Below the pieces are notes generated by a model. The model saw only the letters and a list, made by a program, of their open reading frames with translations. It was not told where the DNA came from and ran no database searches. A DNA stretch of 63,849 nucleotides. Source: Gracilinanus agilis (lineage: Eukaryota). A program made the position numbers and the translations under genes. The stretch lies in the NCBI RefSeq assembly GCF_016433145.1, contig NC_058131.1:556366887-556430735 (forward strand). The letters run 5' to 3'. This document shows, in pieces, positions 49,055 to 61,984 of this stretch (its first letter is position 1; the number at the start of each line of letters is the position of its first letter).

Positions 49055-49500
49055 CATGAATGGAGAGTGAAATAAGCAGAACTAAGAGAACATTGTACAC
49101 AGTAACATCAATATCGTTCAATGAACAGCTATGAAAGACTTAGCTACTCTCAGCAATGCAATGATCCAGGACAATTCTGAAAGAGTTATGACAAAGAATG
49201 CTGTGCTCCTCCAGAGAAAGAAATGTTGGAGTCAGAAAGCAGATCAAAGCATAATACTTTTCAATTTAGTTTATTTGCAATTCTATTTTAGGGGGTTGTT
49301 TTTATATGAGTATTCCCTTATAACGATGGCAATATGGAAAGATGTTTTGCATGATAATGAATGTAAAACTTTGATCAAATTGCTTACCATTTCAGGGAGG
49401 GGAGGGGGAAGAGAAGGAGGAAGATAATTTGGATCTTATAATTTTGGAAAATGTCAAAAATTTTTATTGCATGTAATTGGAAAAAGGAAATACTTCTTTA
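49055..49500 (+). mobile_element. L1 3'UTR fragment
   Basis: 'gagtgaaataagcagaactaagagaacattgtacac...' with a G-rich tract. Confidence 0.75.
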
Positions 49501-50185
49501 AAATTTTAAAAGGGAGTGCATGAGAATAGGCCTTGCCTTCAAGGAGATTTTATTCTTTGGGATGGAGGAATATAACTTACCCAAAGATATAAAGAGAAAA
49601 GAGAGATTGCAATAAAGTGTGTGTGGGAGAATGGAAAAGCCTTCAAGGATTAGGCAGCAACTGAATTAAACCTTAAAAGTAGATAAGATAGCCATGCTTT
49701 GGGAACTAGAGGAAAGGTATGGTAGAAGCCTATCAATTAAGGAATGGCTAAACAAAGTGTGGTACAGAAAGGCAATGCAATATTGTTATACTTTTTTAAA
49801 TTGTGAAAAGGAAGAATTTAGAGAATTGAGACAATACTCTCACTTCTGATGAATTGATATAAAATAATAATTTTATCATAAGCAGATACAGGAAAACAAA
49901 ATGTATGATATTTATATTGTAAGTGGAAATAACTAAAAACAAAAATTTGCTCAAAGCAGTATAATTATAATTAGCAAACTTTTCCCTGAAGAACCTTCTA
50001 ACCTTCCGTCAGAGAAGTTGGGGCTCCTAATGTGGAACACAGAATTTACTATCAGACAGGCTATGATTTTTACTTTTGCTGATCTCCTATTCATTTTTTT
50101 TATAAGGGATGGCACAATGGGTTGAGGGAAGGAGGAAAAATATATTTTGTAATAAAGGTAATTAAAAATAGTAATAAAAATAAAA

Positions 50186-50366
50186 TTTTTTAAACCCTTG
50201 TACTTCAGTGTATTGTCTCATAGGTGGAAGATTGGTAAGGGTGGGCAATGGGGGTCAAGTGACTTGCCCAGGGTCACACAGCTGGGAAGTGGCTGAGGCC
50301 GGCTTTGAACCTAGGACCTCCTGTCTCTAGGCCTGGCTCTCACTCCACTGAGCTACCCAGCTGCCC
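50186..50366 (-). mobile_element. Full-length SINE1_Mdo-type SINE
   Basis: Reverse complement of the SINE1 head, CORE and tail; flanking AATAAAAATAAA duplication. Confidence 0.92.
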
Positions 50367-51039
50367 AATAAAAATAAATTTTAAAAAAGGAAGGCAACCA
50401 AAAGAAAAAAATTTCACAAGTTTTAGAAGCTATCATCCCATAAGTAATCTAAATAGAAGCTAGGTAAGCCCAGTAGGGCACTACAGTAGTGGATAATAAT
50501 GCTAAAAACTCACTCCTTTCTATCTGCTACTAGCCACCCTATTACTTCTCTTATTTTACATTCCAAACCAATTAAGAAGTATATTTTGATCACATAAATT
50601 ACTAAAATTTCAACAACTCTATTTAACCAATACGTTTTTAAGCCTCTACCCCAGTTTAATAAGCTAATGTCTCTATCTGAATTCAGGTCTTCCTTGCTCT
50701 TATGAAGATAAAATGTCAATTTTAGAGAACAGAGAATAATTCTGCTAGCCTGAGAAAAAAATCAAAAGAAAAAAATGCTTCAGTATCTCTGAGTCTATCA
50801 GTTCTCCATCTGAAAGTAGATAGCATCAATCACAGATTCTTAACATTATTACAATGAAATCTAAATGCCTTCTGTAATGCCATTTCGCTTTAAATGAATG
50901 TTCACAAAAACAGGCAAAGATAGGCAATTTGTAATAGCCATTAGAGTTTACATGACCATAGATTTAGAACCAGCAGGCACCTCAGAAGTCACTTCATCCA
51001 ACTCTCTCATTTTGTTGTTAGTCATTTTATAGATAAGGA

Positions 51040-51300
51040 AGGAAAGAAAGAAACATTTATTAGGTTACTTACAATGTGTCAGGCCATTGTGCTAAGTGTC
51101 TTGTAAACGTTATCTCATTTGATTCTCACAACTCTAGAGGATGGAGGCTACTATGAATCCTATTTTACAGTTGGGATAAGTAAGGCAGACAGAAGTTAAT
51201 GGACTCATCTAATCTCACACATCTAATAAGTGTCTGGTGCTCAATATGAAATCAGATCATTATGACTCTACTCACAGTGTTCTATCCACTATATCACCTA
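51040..51300 (-). mobile_element. MIR (with L2-like tail)
   Basis: 'tatctcatttgattctcacaac...attttacagttgggataag'. Confidence 0.65.
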
Positions 51301-51467
51301 CCTACTTTTAATTAAAGAAAAAAACTCAGGCAATTAATAACCTCTCAATATCCTCAGACAATTCTTTATGTTTCAGAATAGTTAATTACCTACTTGGTTT
51401 GAAGGAGGTTCCTAACTAGAAGTTCCCTACACAATGCCTTCCACTACTTTTTCCAACCACCAAAAAG

Positions 51468-51501
51468 TAATAATAATAATACTTATTATTATTATTATTA
51501 T

Positions 51502-51545
<44 letters not shown>

Positions 51546-51546
51546 T
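51468..51546. repeat. (ATT)n-(AGT)n compound microsatellite
   Basis: Directly visible. Confidence 0.95.
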
Positions 51547-53797
51547 TCAAAATTGTGTATTACCTAAAGATCTACCCTTAATTGTGTATCTAAGTATAAG
51601 GGCCTACCTGGCAAGTAATATAACAACAAGCAAATGCATTTTGGTGAGAAGTGGGAAGTTCATAACATGTCCAACAAAACAGTGAGACCTCATGATGGAA
51701 ACTCCATTAAAGCAAAGATGGAAAGGATTCTAATTTCTATTAACTAGCCTTCACCCCACTCTCCTCTTAATGCCAGTCCATATTAATGGAGAGTATCATC
51801 TCTTGCAAAATGAGGTACAAATGACAGGAAGAAAACAAAATCCCAAGCAGAGCTATTTATATACCTCCTGTTTTTGTCTATATCACTCTTACCTGATAAG
51901 TGTTTACTGTTTTATAAATTTTATTTCTTAATGTACAGGCAATAATAATATATTTTCATTTATTTTAAGCTTTTCTGGACTGTTTTGCTAGAGTAAATGT
52001 GAATTTTTATTTTAAAGAAGTTTTTTTTAATATTTTTAAAGTTTAACAGAGAATTTGTGTCAGGGAATCATAGAATCAAGAAGGGATCTCAAAGGTCATT
52101 TTGTCCAAATTTTGCCTCAACAAAAATCTCTGACAAGTGGTCATAACTATAGAACAGTGTAACCATTGATATTCATGCTAATAACTAAGTCATCAGACAG
52201 TAACCATTAAATCATATTAAGGATATTATTTTAAAAAGCAGAAAAGAATTTGAAATATTTTGCAATGATATTTATAAAAATGATTAAGTTGGATTTTGTT
52301 TATGGTATTAACTTTCCTGGTATCTCTTAATAAAGCCTTTTTTATGAAACTTCATTATTTCATTTAGAATGTTCTAAACTTCAAAATTACCAGACACACC
52401 CATGTGGCAAGAACCCAAATAGAGATGTTGAGTTTTGGTAAATATCAGTTAATTGAGAATCCTTTCATTCACTAAAGAACCCAGATAAAGAGGAGTCCTC
52501 TAATCTGAGATGTGATAGTAAATATTTAACAACTGTTTCTCTGAAATAAAAATAAATAAATAAATAAAAGGATGCAGGACATACTTTTAAGTTTAATCTT
52601 CATTAACAAAATTTTCTCCACCAATTCCTTATGTCTAGTCAATAAGCAAATCGGTATATTAAGCCCTGATTTGTAGTCATTTGTTAATTTTCACAGTGTA
52701 AATGCTCAAGCTGAGCATTTAACAGATAGTTCTCCCAAGCAGATATGAACTAGTTCCAGCATACTACTGCTTTTCAAACATTGTATATCAAAGAGAGGAA
52801 CGAAATGAATGGGAGAGCAAGTCATTAATATTTGGCATAAGCAATTTCACCTAAAAATCTGCAAATGCTACAAATCAGGACTCTACTTCTTACTTTGTTG
52901 ATTAGATTTGGCAAAGTAACAGGGAAAATGTTAACAAAGCAGATAAAATTTAGAAGTATTTTGGGTACATATTTTTGGAGACCAAATTGGTCAACATTTA
53001 CCACTATATCTCTGAGTATGTCATAATTCATTCCGTTGTGTCACCATTTCTCTAGTAAAGTGTTTTTTCAGTCTTCTCTAGGAAGAAAATCCATAGTAAA
53101 GCTTAAATAAAGTATCATAGGGACACATACCTGAATTATATTTGTGTTAAGAAATGTTGCTTGGTTTTTCCAATTCAGAAACTCTTACTGGAAACTTCAA
53201 CAATACCACAATATATGAAGATTTTTTCCCCTTTAAGTTAGCTCATAAACCACTTCCATAACAGATTTGCATTTTCATGAAGTCCTTTTTTGTTTACCTC
53301 CATATGAACCCTATTCTTAGCCTATACTCTTCATCAATCTCTCTAGAAAGTGGGGGTTAAATGACCCAGAGCAAAGTGATTTGTTCCCAGTGAGATCACT
53401 TGTTATTGAGAGGGTTTTTTTCTGTCTCATAGAAGAAGAAACAAAATGGCTTAAGTCCAGCCATCCAAACCACTAGTCTCTCTCCCCAGGCTCTTAGAGG
53501 TATTCCCTTATGCCTTTCACACAACCAATTAAATATATTATGACTCCAATAAATTTTAAAAGAATATCTTGTTAAAAGTTAAAAGTGTTAAAAGTGTATT
53601 AAGAGCATAGGAATTGAATCTTCACCTAGATCAGATTCTGACTTGGGCAAAAAGAATGGACAGAGACTAAGAAAAGCAAACATGAATTTGCAGTATTTCA
53701 AGACTGCCCAGGTCTTCTTGCAACTCACCCTTTCCCCCATCTTTCCCTATATCCCATCCAATCATATTACACCCAGTTCAATTAGACCTATTATTTT

Positions 53798-53940
53798 NNN
53801 NNNNNNNNNNNNNNNNNNNNNNNNNNNNNNNNNNNNNNNNNNNNNNNNNNNNNNNNNNNNNNNNNNNNNNNNNNNNNNNNNNNNNNNNNNNNNNNNNNNN
53901 NNNNNNNNNNNNNNNNNNNNNNNNNNNNNNNNNNNNNNNN
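53798..53940. other. Assembly gap (143 N)
   Basis: Run of N. Confidence 1.
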
Positions 53941-55480
53941 AACTATACTATAAAGCAGCAGTCATCAAAACAATATGGTACTGGCTAAGAGATAGAAGGG
54001 AGGATCAGTGGAATAGACTTGGGGTTAATGACATCAGCAAGACAGTGTATGATAAACCGAAAGAGCCCAACTTTTGGGACATGAATCCACTATTTGAAAA
54101 AAAAGACTGCTGGGAAATTTGGAAAACAATATGGGAGAGAATAGGTTTAGAACAACATCTCACACCCTACACCAAGATAAATTCAGAATGGGTGAATGAC
54201 TTGAATATAAAGAGGGAAACTATAAGTTAAGTGAACACAAAATAGTATACCTGTGAGATCTCTGGGAAAGGAAAGATTTTAAAACCAAGCAAGAGTTAGA
54301 GAAAATTACAAAATGTAAATTAAATGGTTTTGATTATAGTAAACTAAAAAGCTTTTGTACAAACAAAAACAATGTAGTCAAAATCAGAAGGGAAACAACA
54401 AATTGGGAAAAAATCTTTAAAACAAAAAACTCTGAGAGGGGTCTAATTACTCAAATATACAAGGAGTTAAATCAATTGTATAAAAAATCAAGCCATTCCC
54501 CAATTGAAAAATGGGCAAGAGACATGAATAGGCAATTTTCAGGTAAAGAAATCAAAAGTATCAATAAGCACATGAGAAAGTGTTCTAAATCTCTAATAAT
54601 TAGAGAAATGCAAATCTAAACAACTCTCAGGTATCACCTCACACCTAGCAGATTGGCTAAGATGAAAGAAGGGGAGAGTAATGAATGTTGGAGGGGATGT
54701 GGCAAAATTGGGACATTAATGCATTGCTGGTGGAGTTGTGAAATGATACAACCATTCTGGCTGGCAATTTGGAACTATGCTCAAAGGGCTATAAAAGACT
54801 GTCTGCACTTTGATCCATCCATACCATTATTGGGTTTGTACCCCAAAGAGATCATAGATAAACAGACTTGTAGGAAAATATTTATAGCTGCACTTTTTGT
54901 GGTGGCAAAGAACTGGAAAAGGAAGGTATGTCCTTCAATTGGGGAATGGCTGAACAAATTGTGGTATACGCTGGTGATGGAATACTATTGTGCTCAAAGG
55001 AATAATAAACTGGAGGAATTCCATGTGAATTGGAAAGACCTCCAGGAACTGATGCAGAGTGAAAGGAGCCGAGCCAGAAGAACACTGTACACAGAGACTG
55101 ATATACTGTGGTAAAATTAAATGTAATGGACTTCTATACCAGCAGCAATGCAATGACACAAGACAGCTCTGAGGGATTTATGGTAAAGAATGCTACCCAC
55201 ATTCAGAGGAAGAACTGCAGGAAAGGAAACATAGAAGATAAACAATTGCTTGAATGCAAGGGTTCAGGCGGACATGATTGAGGATGTAGACTCGAAACGA
55301 CCACACCAATGCAACTAACCACAATTCGGAAATAGGCCCTGAACAAGGACACATGTTACAACCAGTGGAAATGTGTGTTTGCCATGGGTGGGGGGAGAGC
55401 AGGGGTTGAAAGGGAAAGTAGGGGCATGAAGCATGTAAACATGTTAAAAATGAATATTAATAAATGTTAAAAAAAAAAAA
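53941..55480 (+). mobile_element. Relatively young L1 3' part (ORF2 C-terminus, 3'UTR, polyA)
   Basis: LYYKAAVIKTIWYW...HLTPYTKINS and CWRGCGKIGTLMHCWWSC; polyA at 55469-55480. Confidence 0.95.
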
Positions 55481-56022
55481 CTAATGACAAAACCACAGGG
55501 AAAGGGGAGAATTTCCCTACACTAACTTAGTGACCTAAACAGACAGGGCCCAAGGAGCTATAATGGAGTCTCTTGGGTGACTGCCTCAGACCTGGACCTG
55601 CCAGGCTTGAGCAGCACAGCTAAGGGCTGATGTGGCTTTGGGGTTCTCACTGTAATCCACCAATGATCTCTGGATGCCAAGAGCCAAGGTGGTCTCAGGT
55701 ACCAAGTTGAGAGGGTGTGCTTGAGACACTGTCCACTGGATCCCAAACTTCTCTTCACTTGGAACTGCACTGTAGATCTTGTCCTCTTTGCTGGATGTCA
55801 CCACCACACAGGATCCCAGGGAAAATCAGGATGCAGGTTGTCCTTTACTCTGAGATCTCCCAGGGATAATCACAGTTTGTGCTAACCCCTAATGGAGTTC
55901 CTCTCAGAGCAGGTCATTTCTTCCTGCTCCTTCATTCCATCTTGGAATTCCCAGCTCCAGCTTCTTCCTGCTAGATACACCTTAATTCTTAATTACTAAC
56001 TAATCTAATCTTCCTCACAACA
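55481..56022 (-). mobile_element. Second copy of LTR family A, cut by the L1
   Basis: Collinear with ~13670-14201 apart from substitutions and a 15-bp indel; ends CACAACA. Confidence 0.92.
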
Positions 56023-57280
56023 GTTGATACTTTTGTTGTTAGTTCAGGAAGTTAGAAAATTGCATAGCTAGAATTTATTACTTTGTTTTAGTTTAGCAAA
56101 TGTTTGCTTTAATACTATTTGTTGATCTTTTGCATTTAATCTCACTTTTCCTTTCTGTTCAAAATTTTGCAAAACTTAAATTCCCATTTCTTTCCTTTAC
56201 CTTTCCCATAACCCATCTTAGCTTTAGCTTAGATTAGTCTTAGCATAGATTAGGAGCTAGAAACCCCTTTTCTTATTTTGCAAAACCTTAGTTAGGGATA
56301 AGAGCATAGTTGTAGTTTAGTTTACTGTAAGTGTAAAATTTTCTCAGGATCTTAGGGACCTGAAAATGTTGCAAAGTATGAATTTCCAAAAGACAAATGA
56401 GCAGATTGTAATGCAGGGTTGCTACAAGAATCTCTTGCATTTGCAAAACCAACTGAAGCAACCCTGACAGTTGAAGAAATGGAATGTTGACCCTGGTCTG
56501 ACAGGCAAAAACCATTAGAGCCTGGACTATAAATATTCCTGCAGAACCAACTGAAGGGTTTTTGGGCTTTTGGGCTTTTGCCTTATGGCTTTTCCCCTGA
56601 CCTCTCCCTTGACATCCTGCTATCCCTGGATCTCCCCATTGAGCACTGGGAGGATGGAATTTGGGGGGGGTGGAGATCATGGGAACTAGCTTCTATAGGC
56701 AGGCAGGGACAACCTTAAAACAAGCCACCACCTCATTTAGTGATCTGCTGGACCTTATTACATCAGGGCAGTGAAATCTATCTTTGGCTGAGGGCTGGCT
56801 CCCTCAGCCTGACTTCTACCTCCTGTGACCCTCCCCTATCACTGCCTTCAACCTTAGCAATTAATTACCATACCTTACCCTTTTCCCTCAGCTTACCCTT
56901 GGCTTTAAAAAACCCCTTTGGCTTTTTTATTCAAAGAGCTTCTGGTGATTCATTATACCAACAACTAGTGCAAAGGCTGAAGAGAGAAAGAATAACTTTC
57001 CTTTATTTCTTGAGGGCTTAACCAGGCATGCATCTTGGGCAGGAAGTAAACCATCTTTTACTTCCTGTAGGCTAAGGTTTTCCTCCAGAAGGGAGGGGTT
57101 CTCTCCTCCTCCCCTTAAGGGAGTTTAGAGACAGTCAGGGAGGCTGACTAAAACCATCTCAGCCAGGCTCATACAATCTCTGGCTGGCCCAATTTATCTT
57201 TTATTGTAGAGATAGCCTCCCTGCCAAAAAGACTCAACTGATACCACCTAGAGCCTTCAAGTACAACCCTCAATTTAGCA
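56023..57280 (+). mobile_element. Probable LTR-derived element
   Basis: Unique block with TATAAATA at ~56527 and short GGGCTTTT repeats, ending TTTAGCA before L1 begins. No TSD found. Confidence 0.4.
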
Positions 57281-58304
57281 AGATTCATAGTCCTCTTTTA
57301 TTACACTATATACCATAAATTTTGATATGTTGACTCCATATTATCCTTCTCATTAATGGGATTATTTATTGTTTCTAGAATTTTCTTTTTACTCACCCTT
57401 ATTTTAGCATTAGATTATTTAGTTTCCTATTCGTTTTTTATTTCTCTTTCCAAATTTCTTTATCTTTTTTAATCAGATCTATTTTGCTTTAGTTTTGTTG
57501 GATTTCTATTCCTGCTTTATTATGTCAGATGATGCACATAAATTTTGCTTCAGCCCCTTGAACTTTACTCTATGTGTCTCCCTACCTCAAATGAGTTTCT
57601 TGTAAACAACGTATAATAAGAATCTGATTTTTCTTCCACTCAGCTCTCCACTTCCATTTTATAGGTGAGTTCATACCATTCACATTCACAATTGTGATTA
57701 CCAACTATATATTCTCCTCTATCTTATTTTTACCTTTGGATCCTGCTCTTTTTCCTTTCACTCTGCCCCTCTCATGTATTTTGCTTTTTATCAACCCCCC
57801 ACTTATTCCTCCCTTCTATTACTACCCCCTTGTCTTATTCCCTTCCTATTTCTCTATAGTGTAAGATTGAATTCTATACTTCAATCAGTAGGGTTGTTAT
57901 TCCCTCTCTGAACTAGTTATGATGACAGTAAGGTTTAAGCATTAACCATCACCACCTTCACCCTCTCCTCCACTCTAATAGTTTTTCATGCCTCTTTAGG
58001 GGAAATAATTTACCCCATTCCATCTCTCCATTCCCTTTTCTCTCAGTGAAATCTTTTTTTTTACCTCTTGATTTTTTTCCCCATACCATGTCATCCTAAT
58101 CAGGTTACTTCCACATCCTCTTTTTATGTATAGTCCTTCTAACTGCTCTACTGCTGATAAAAAAAATTAAGAAATAAAAATTCCACATAGCGGAAAGAGA
58201 AAGAGATATACAGTTTGACCTTATTGAGTCCTTTAAATTTTCTCTCTCTTCTTTACCTTTTTAGGTTTCTCTTTGGTCTTGTATTTAGATATCAAACTTT
58301 CTGT

Positions 58305-59171
58305 TGTTATGATGATAATAACAGATAGTTTGGAGAAGCAGATAAATGTATCAGGGTCAAATAGCACTTTAAATTAAGAGCCAGAGTTTGGCAGGCTACA
58401 GTGAGGAAAGGAGGGGGTAAAACACTCCTGATTCTCAAACCCCTCCCCCTCTAACTGCTTCTGCTTCAGTTGGTAATGAAGACAGGAATAAGATTCTTCT
58501 GGTAAGTTTCTCTTATGGCTGAAACCCCAATAATGTTTCTTTCTTAAATTTATATTCCTCTCAGGTCAGTTAGAGGAGATAGAACAGCTAGCTATCTAAC
58601 TGTTGAGGACAGAGGAGATCTTAAACTGGCAGTCAACAGGATTCAAACTAAATATACAGACTGAATTGTAAGTATCTTCCAAATAATTATCAGGCACAGA
58701 TTTGAAGGTAAAAAGTTATATTAGGAATTAACAAGGAAAATTAGAGAAGTTAATGAAGGGTTTAGGATAAAGGAAAGGTGACCCTGAACTGTTAAATTGA
58801 TGCCCCCTTCCCCCTCCTCACTGGAGGAGAGGAAGCACTTAACTAAAACTGGCTCTCTTGCTATAGATAAATATTTTACTCTCTAATTACTAAGTAATTA
58901 TATAATTATATTAATGATGAATAGTAATAACAAATAGGCTAACCCTATGAGTAGAAATCACTAGCTTATACTACAATGGCACCTCAGGTGAAACCCCCAA
59001 GTCAGCAGTGGCAAGCAGAGTGTCTGCTCCCATCCACTCCCACCAAATAACTGTCTTCAACCCTTCTCAACTGCCCCTCACCCAAAGTTCTCCAGGGAGT
59101 CCCCTGGAACTCTGGGTGAGGCTCTCCCTGTACCTTTGCAGGGATTCCATGCTTTGCATCTGCACACAACA
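58305..59171. mobile_element. Solo LTR (867 bp) in L1 ORF1
   Basis: TGTTATG...CACAACA, exact 4-bp TSD CTGT (58301-58304 / 59172-59175). Termini resemble family A. Confidence 0.9.
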
Positions 59172-59639
59172 CTGTTTAGGTCTGGTCTTTTCAGTAATAC
59201 TTGGAAAGCTTCTGTTTTATTAAATGACCATTTTCCCCCTAAAATAATATACTGTTTTGCTGGGTAGGTGATTCTGGGTTGTAAACCTAGATCTTTCACC
59301 TTACATAATATCATATTCAACACCTTTTGATACTTTAATGTGGAGGCTGCTATATCCTATGTAATCCTGACTCCATGGTAGTTGAATTTTTTTTTCTTTC
59401 TGGCTGCTTGCAGTATTTTCTCTTTAGCTTGGGGGCTCTTGAATTTAGTTATAATATTCCTGGAGGTTTTCTTTTGGGGATTTCTTTCTGTAGCTGATCT
59501 GTAGATTCTTTTAATTCCTATTTTATTCTCCTGTTCAAGGATATCAAGACAGTTTTCTGTGATAATGTCTTATATTATAGTATCCAGGCTTTAAAAAAAT
59601 TTTTTTTGACCATGGCATTCAGGTAATCCAATAATTCTT

Positions 59640-59908
59640 TTTTTTTTTTTACTAACATGTATTAATATTCATTTTTTAATCTGTTTACATACTTTATGCC
59701 CCTACTTTCCCCTTCACCCCCCGCTCTCCCCCCACCCATGGCCAATACACATTTCCACTGGTTGTAACCTGTGTCCTTGTTCAGGGTCTATTTCCCATTC
59801 ATGTCCGCCTCAGCCCATGCATTCAAGCAATTGTTTGTCTTATATGTTTCCTCTCCTGCAGTCCTTCCTCTGAATGTGGGTAGCATCTTTACCATAAATC
59901 CCTCAGAG
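59640..59908 (-). mobile_element. 5'-truncated L1 3'UTR insertion
   Basis: Poly-T start; 15-bp TSD AATCCAATAATTCTT (59625-59639 / 59909-59923). Confidence 0.9.
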
Positions 59909-61159
59909 AATCCAATAATTCTTAAATTGTCTCTCCTGTGTCTATTTTCCAGGTCATTTGGTTTTTTAGTGAGATATTTCATGGTTTCATCTGGGTTGTT
60001 TTCATTCTTCTGATTTTGTTTTATTGTTTCTTGATGTCTGATGAAGTCATTAGCTTCTAAGTTTTAAGAAATGATTTGTTCTATGAGCTTTTGAGCCTCC
60101 TTTTTCATTTGGACCATTTATTTTTGCATTGTTTGTATTTATCTTTCCATTTTTCCTCTGCCTCTCTTAATTGGTTTTTGAAATCCATCTTGAGCTCTTC
60201 CAGAATCTGAGGCTAATTCATATTTTTCTTTGAAGCTTTGCATGTGTTTGCTTTTCTTTCACTGTACCCTTCTGTGTTTGTGCCTTGCTCTTTGTCTCCA
60301 TAAAAGTTTTCTGTTGTTAGGTGTTTTTTTTTTCGATGTTTGCTCATTTTCCTGGCCTTTTTCTTGACTTCCACTTTTATTTCAAAGATAGGCTCTGTTC
60401 TCAGGGAAGAGAGGGCACTCTCTTAAACATTGGTTCTTCCTTCATATTACCTTTAGCCTTATTTCTGGGTTTCTATAAATTTCAGATCTTCCAACGTGGT
60501 ATGATAGCCCGTGGGGTGGGAGCTCTGAAAGCCATCTCCCACTGCTGGTTTAATCACACAAATTAGAACTCAGAGCACTATAAGCTAGCTACCTACCCTA
60601 TGCTGGAGCTCAAAGTCTAGCCTCAGAGTTGAGCAGGGGATTTTGATCTCACTCTGGGCTTTATAAGGTCAGGTACACTAAGGACTGCCTTGCCGTGGGG
60701 CTCAGACTTTGGCTTTTTTAAGGGTTAGCTAAATCTGGGCTCCTGTAAGTCAGCACCCTAGGAACTGTGTTCACTGGGAATCAGGAGGCCTAGCTCTGGG
60801 TTTATACAGACCTGGAGTACCAGACAGACTGCCTCAAGCTGGGATTCAGATCCTCACTACAAGCTTGGGCTGGGGCTCCTGGACTTACACAGATCAGGTG
60901 CATAGAACTGGTCCATTAGTATGCATTTTTTGGATAGACATTGAACATGGACAATCAGCTAGACCAAAGATTGAATAAGTGGAGAAGAATGGTTTTTCTT
61001 TTATTTTGGAAATTTCATAGATCTTTTAAGGGGTTGACTTGACATATTATTCTACTTCTATTTTATGGCTACGAGTAATGGAATACTTGGGAGAATTTAG
61101 GAAATAATTTATTCCAATAGAAGAAGAGAAGCACATGGTAAGAAAAAAGTAGTCTGTAC

Positions 61160-61978
61160 TGTGAAAGAGAATTCTTTACTCTATTGTCTATCCTGAGTTA
61201 ACACTAATTTAAGTACCATTTCTAGAGACTGAAGACAGGATTAAATCTTCTTTGTCTATCTTTTAAATTGAATCAAGAAAAGATTAAACAGGTAGTTAGC
61301 ACTAGATGAGAAGCCAGCAAAATACTTGGAGAGTATTTTTTTTTAAACTGGATTAGTCAGAAACTTGTGAATTCTTTTAAGAAGTTCCCATAAGAGTTCA
61401 CACCATCAGAAACTGTTCAAACAGGAAACTGAACCTTTTGATGAGAAATTGACCTTCAGAAGGTGAGAAGTCGATCCCACAGATACTGCCCTCTAGGCAG
61501 TGATAGACAATTTGGAAACTGTGATTGACCCTTGTAAAGAGGGGAGGAGACAAGAAGACACCATAAAAGCAAACCCAAACTCCCTCAAAGGAGATGGTCT
61601 TTGAGAAGGTAGTCTGAAGAGATTGTCTTCTGGAGATAGTCTTCTGACTAGGGAGGGTCTTTAAGGGAGCTTTGCTGAAGACTGCAGTTTGGATTGTGGG
61701 CTTGGAGCTTAGCTTCAGCTTAGACTCTGACTTGTGGACTACTTCCTTGGGTCAGCAATAAGGCTGACTCCCTTCCTAGTTTCCTAGGAGACTACCTTCC
61801 ATCCTGAAGGAGGCCTAGTGAGGACTAGTATAGGTATTTTCTCTAACCTCTTCACATTTCTCTACTTTATTGTTTCTCCTCTATTTTGATAAATAAACAT
61901 TTGACTTGAGATATAATAATTTCAGTGACCATATTATTTCATATAATTTAAGTCCAACCATTAAATTTAATCTTTATA
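61160..61978 (+). mobile_element. Probable solo LTR
   Basis: TGTGAAAG start, CATAAAA near 61563, AATAAA at 61892-61897, LTR-like end 'aatctttata'. TSD not matched. Confidence 0.55.
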
Positions 61979-61984
61979 ATAGAC

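Larger units (their letters stand above)
57281..60900 (-). mobile_element. Degenerate L1 (5'UTR-ORF1-spacer-ORF2 start)
   Basis: Antisense ORF1 motifs (DLENRHRRDNLRIIG, LGLQPRITYPAK). Confidence 0.85.

Noticed and set aside
53643-54230. 195-aa ORF
   Set aside because: Artefact of translating through Ns into L1 ORF2.
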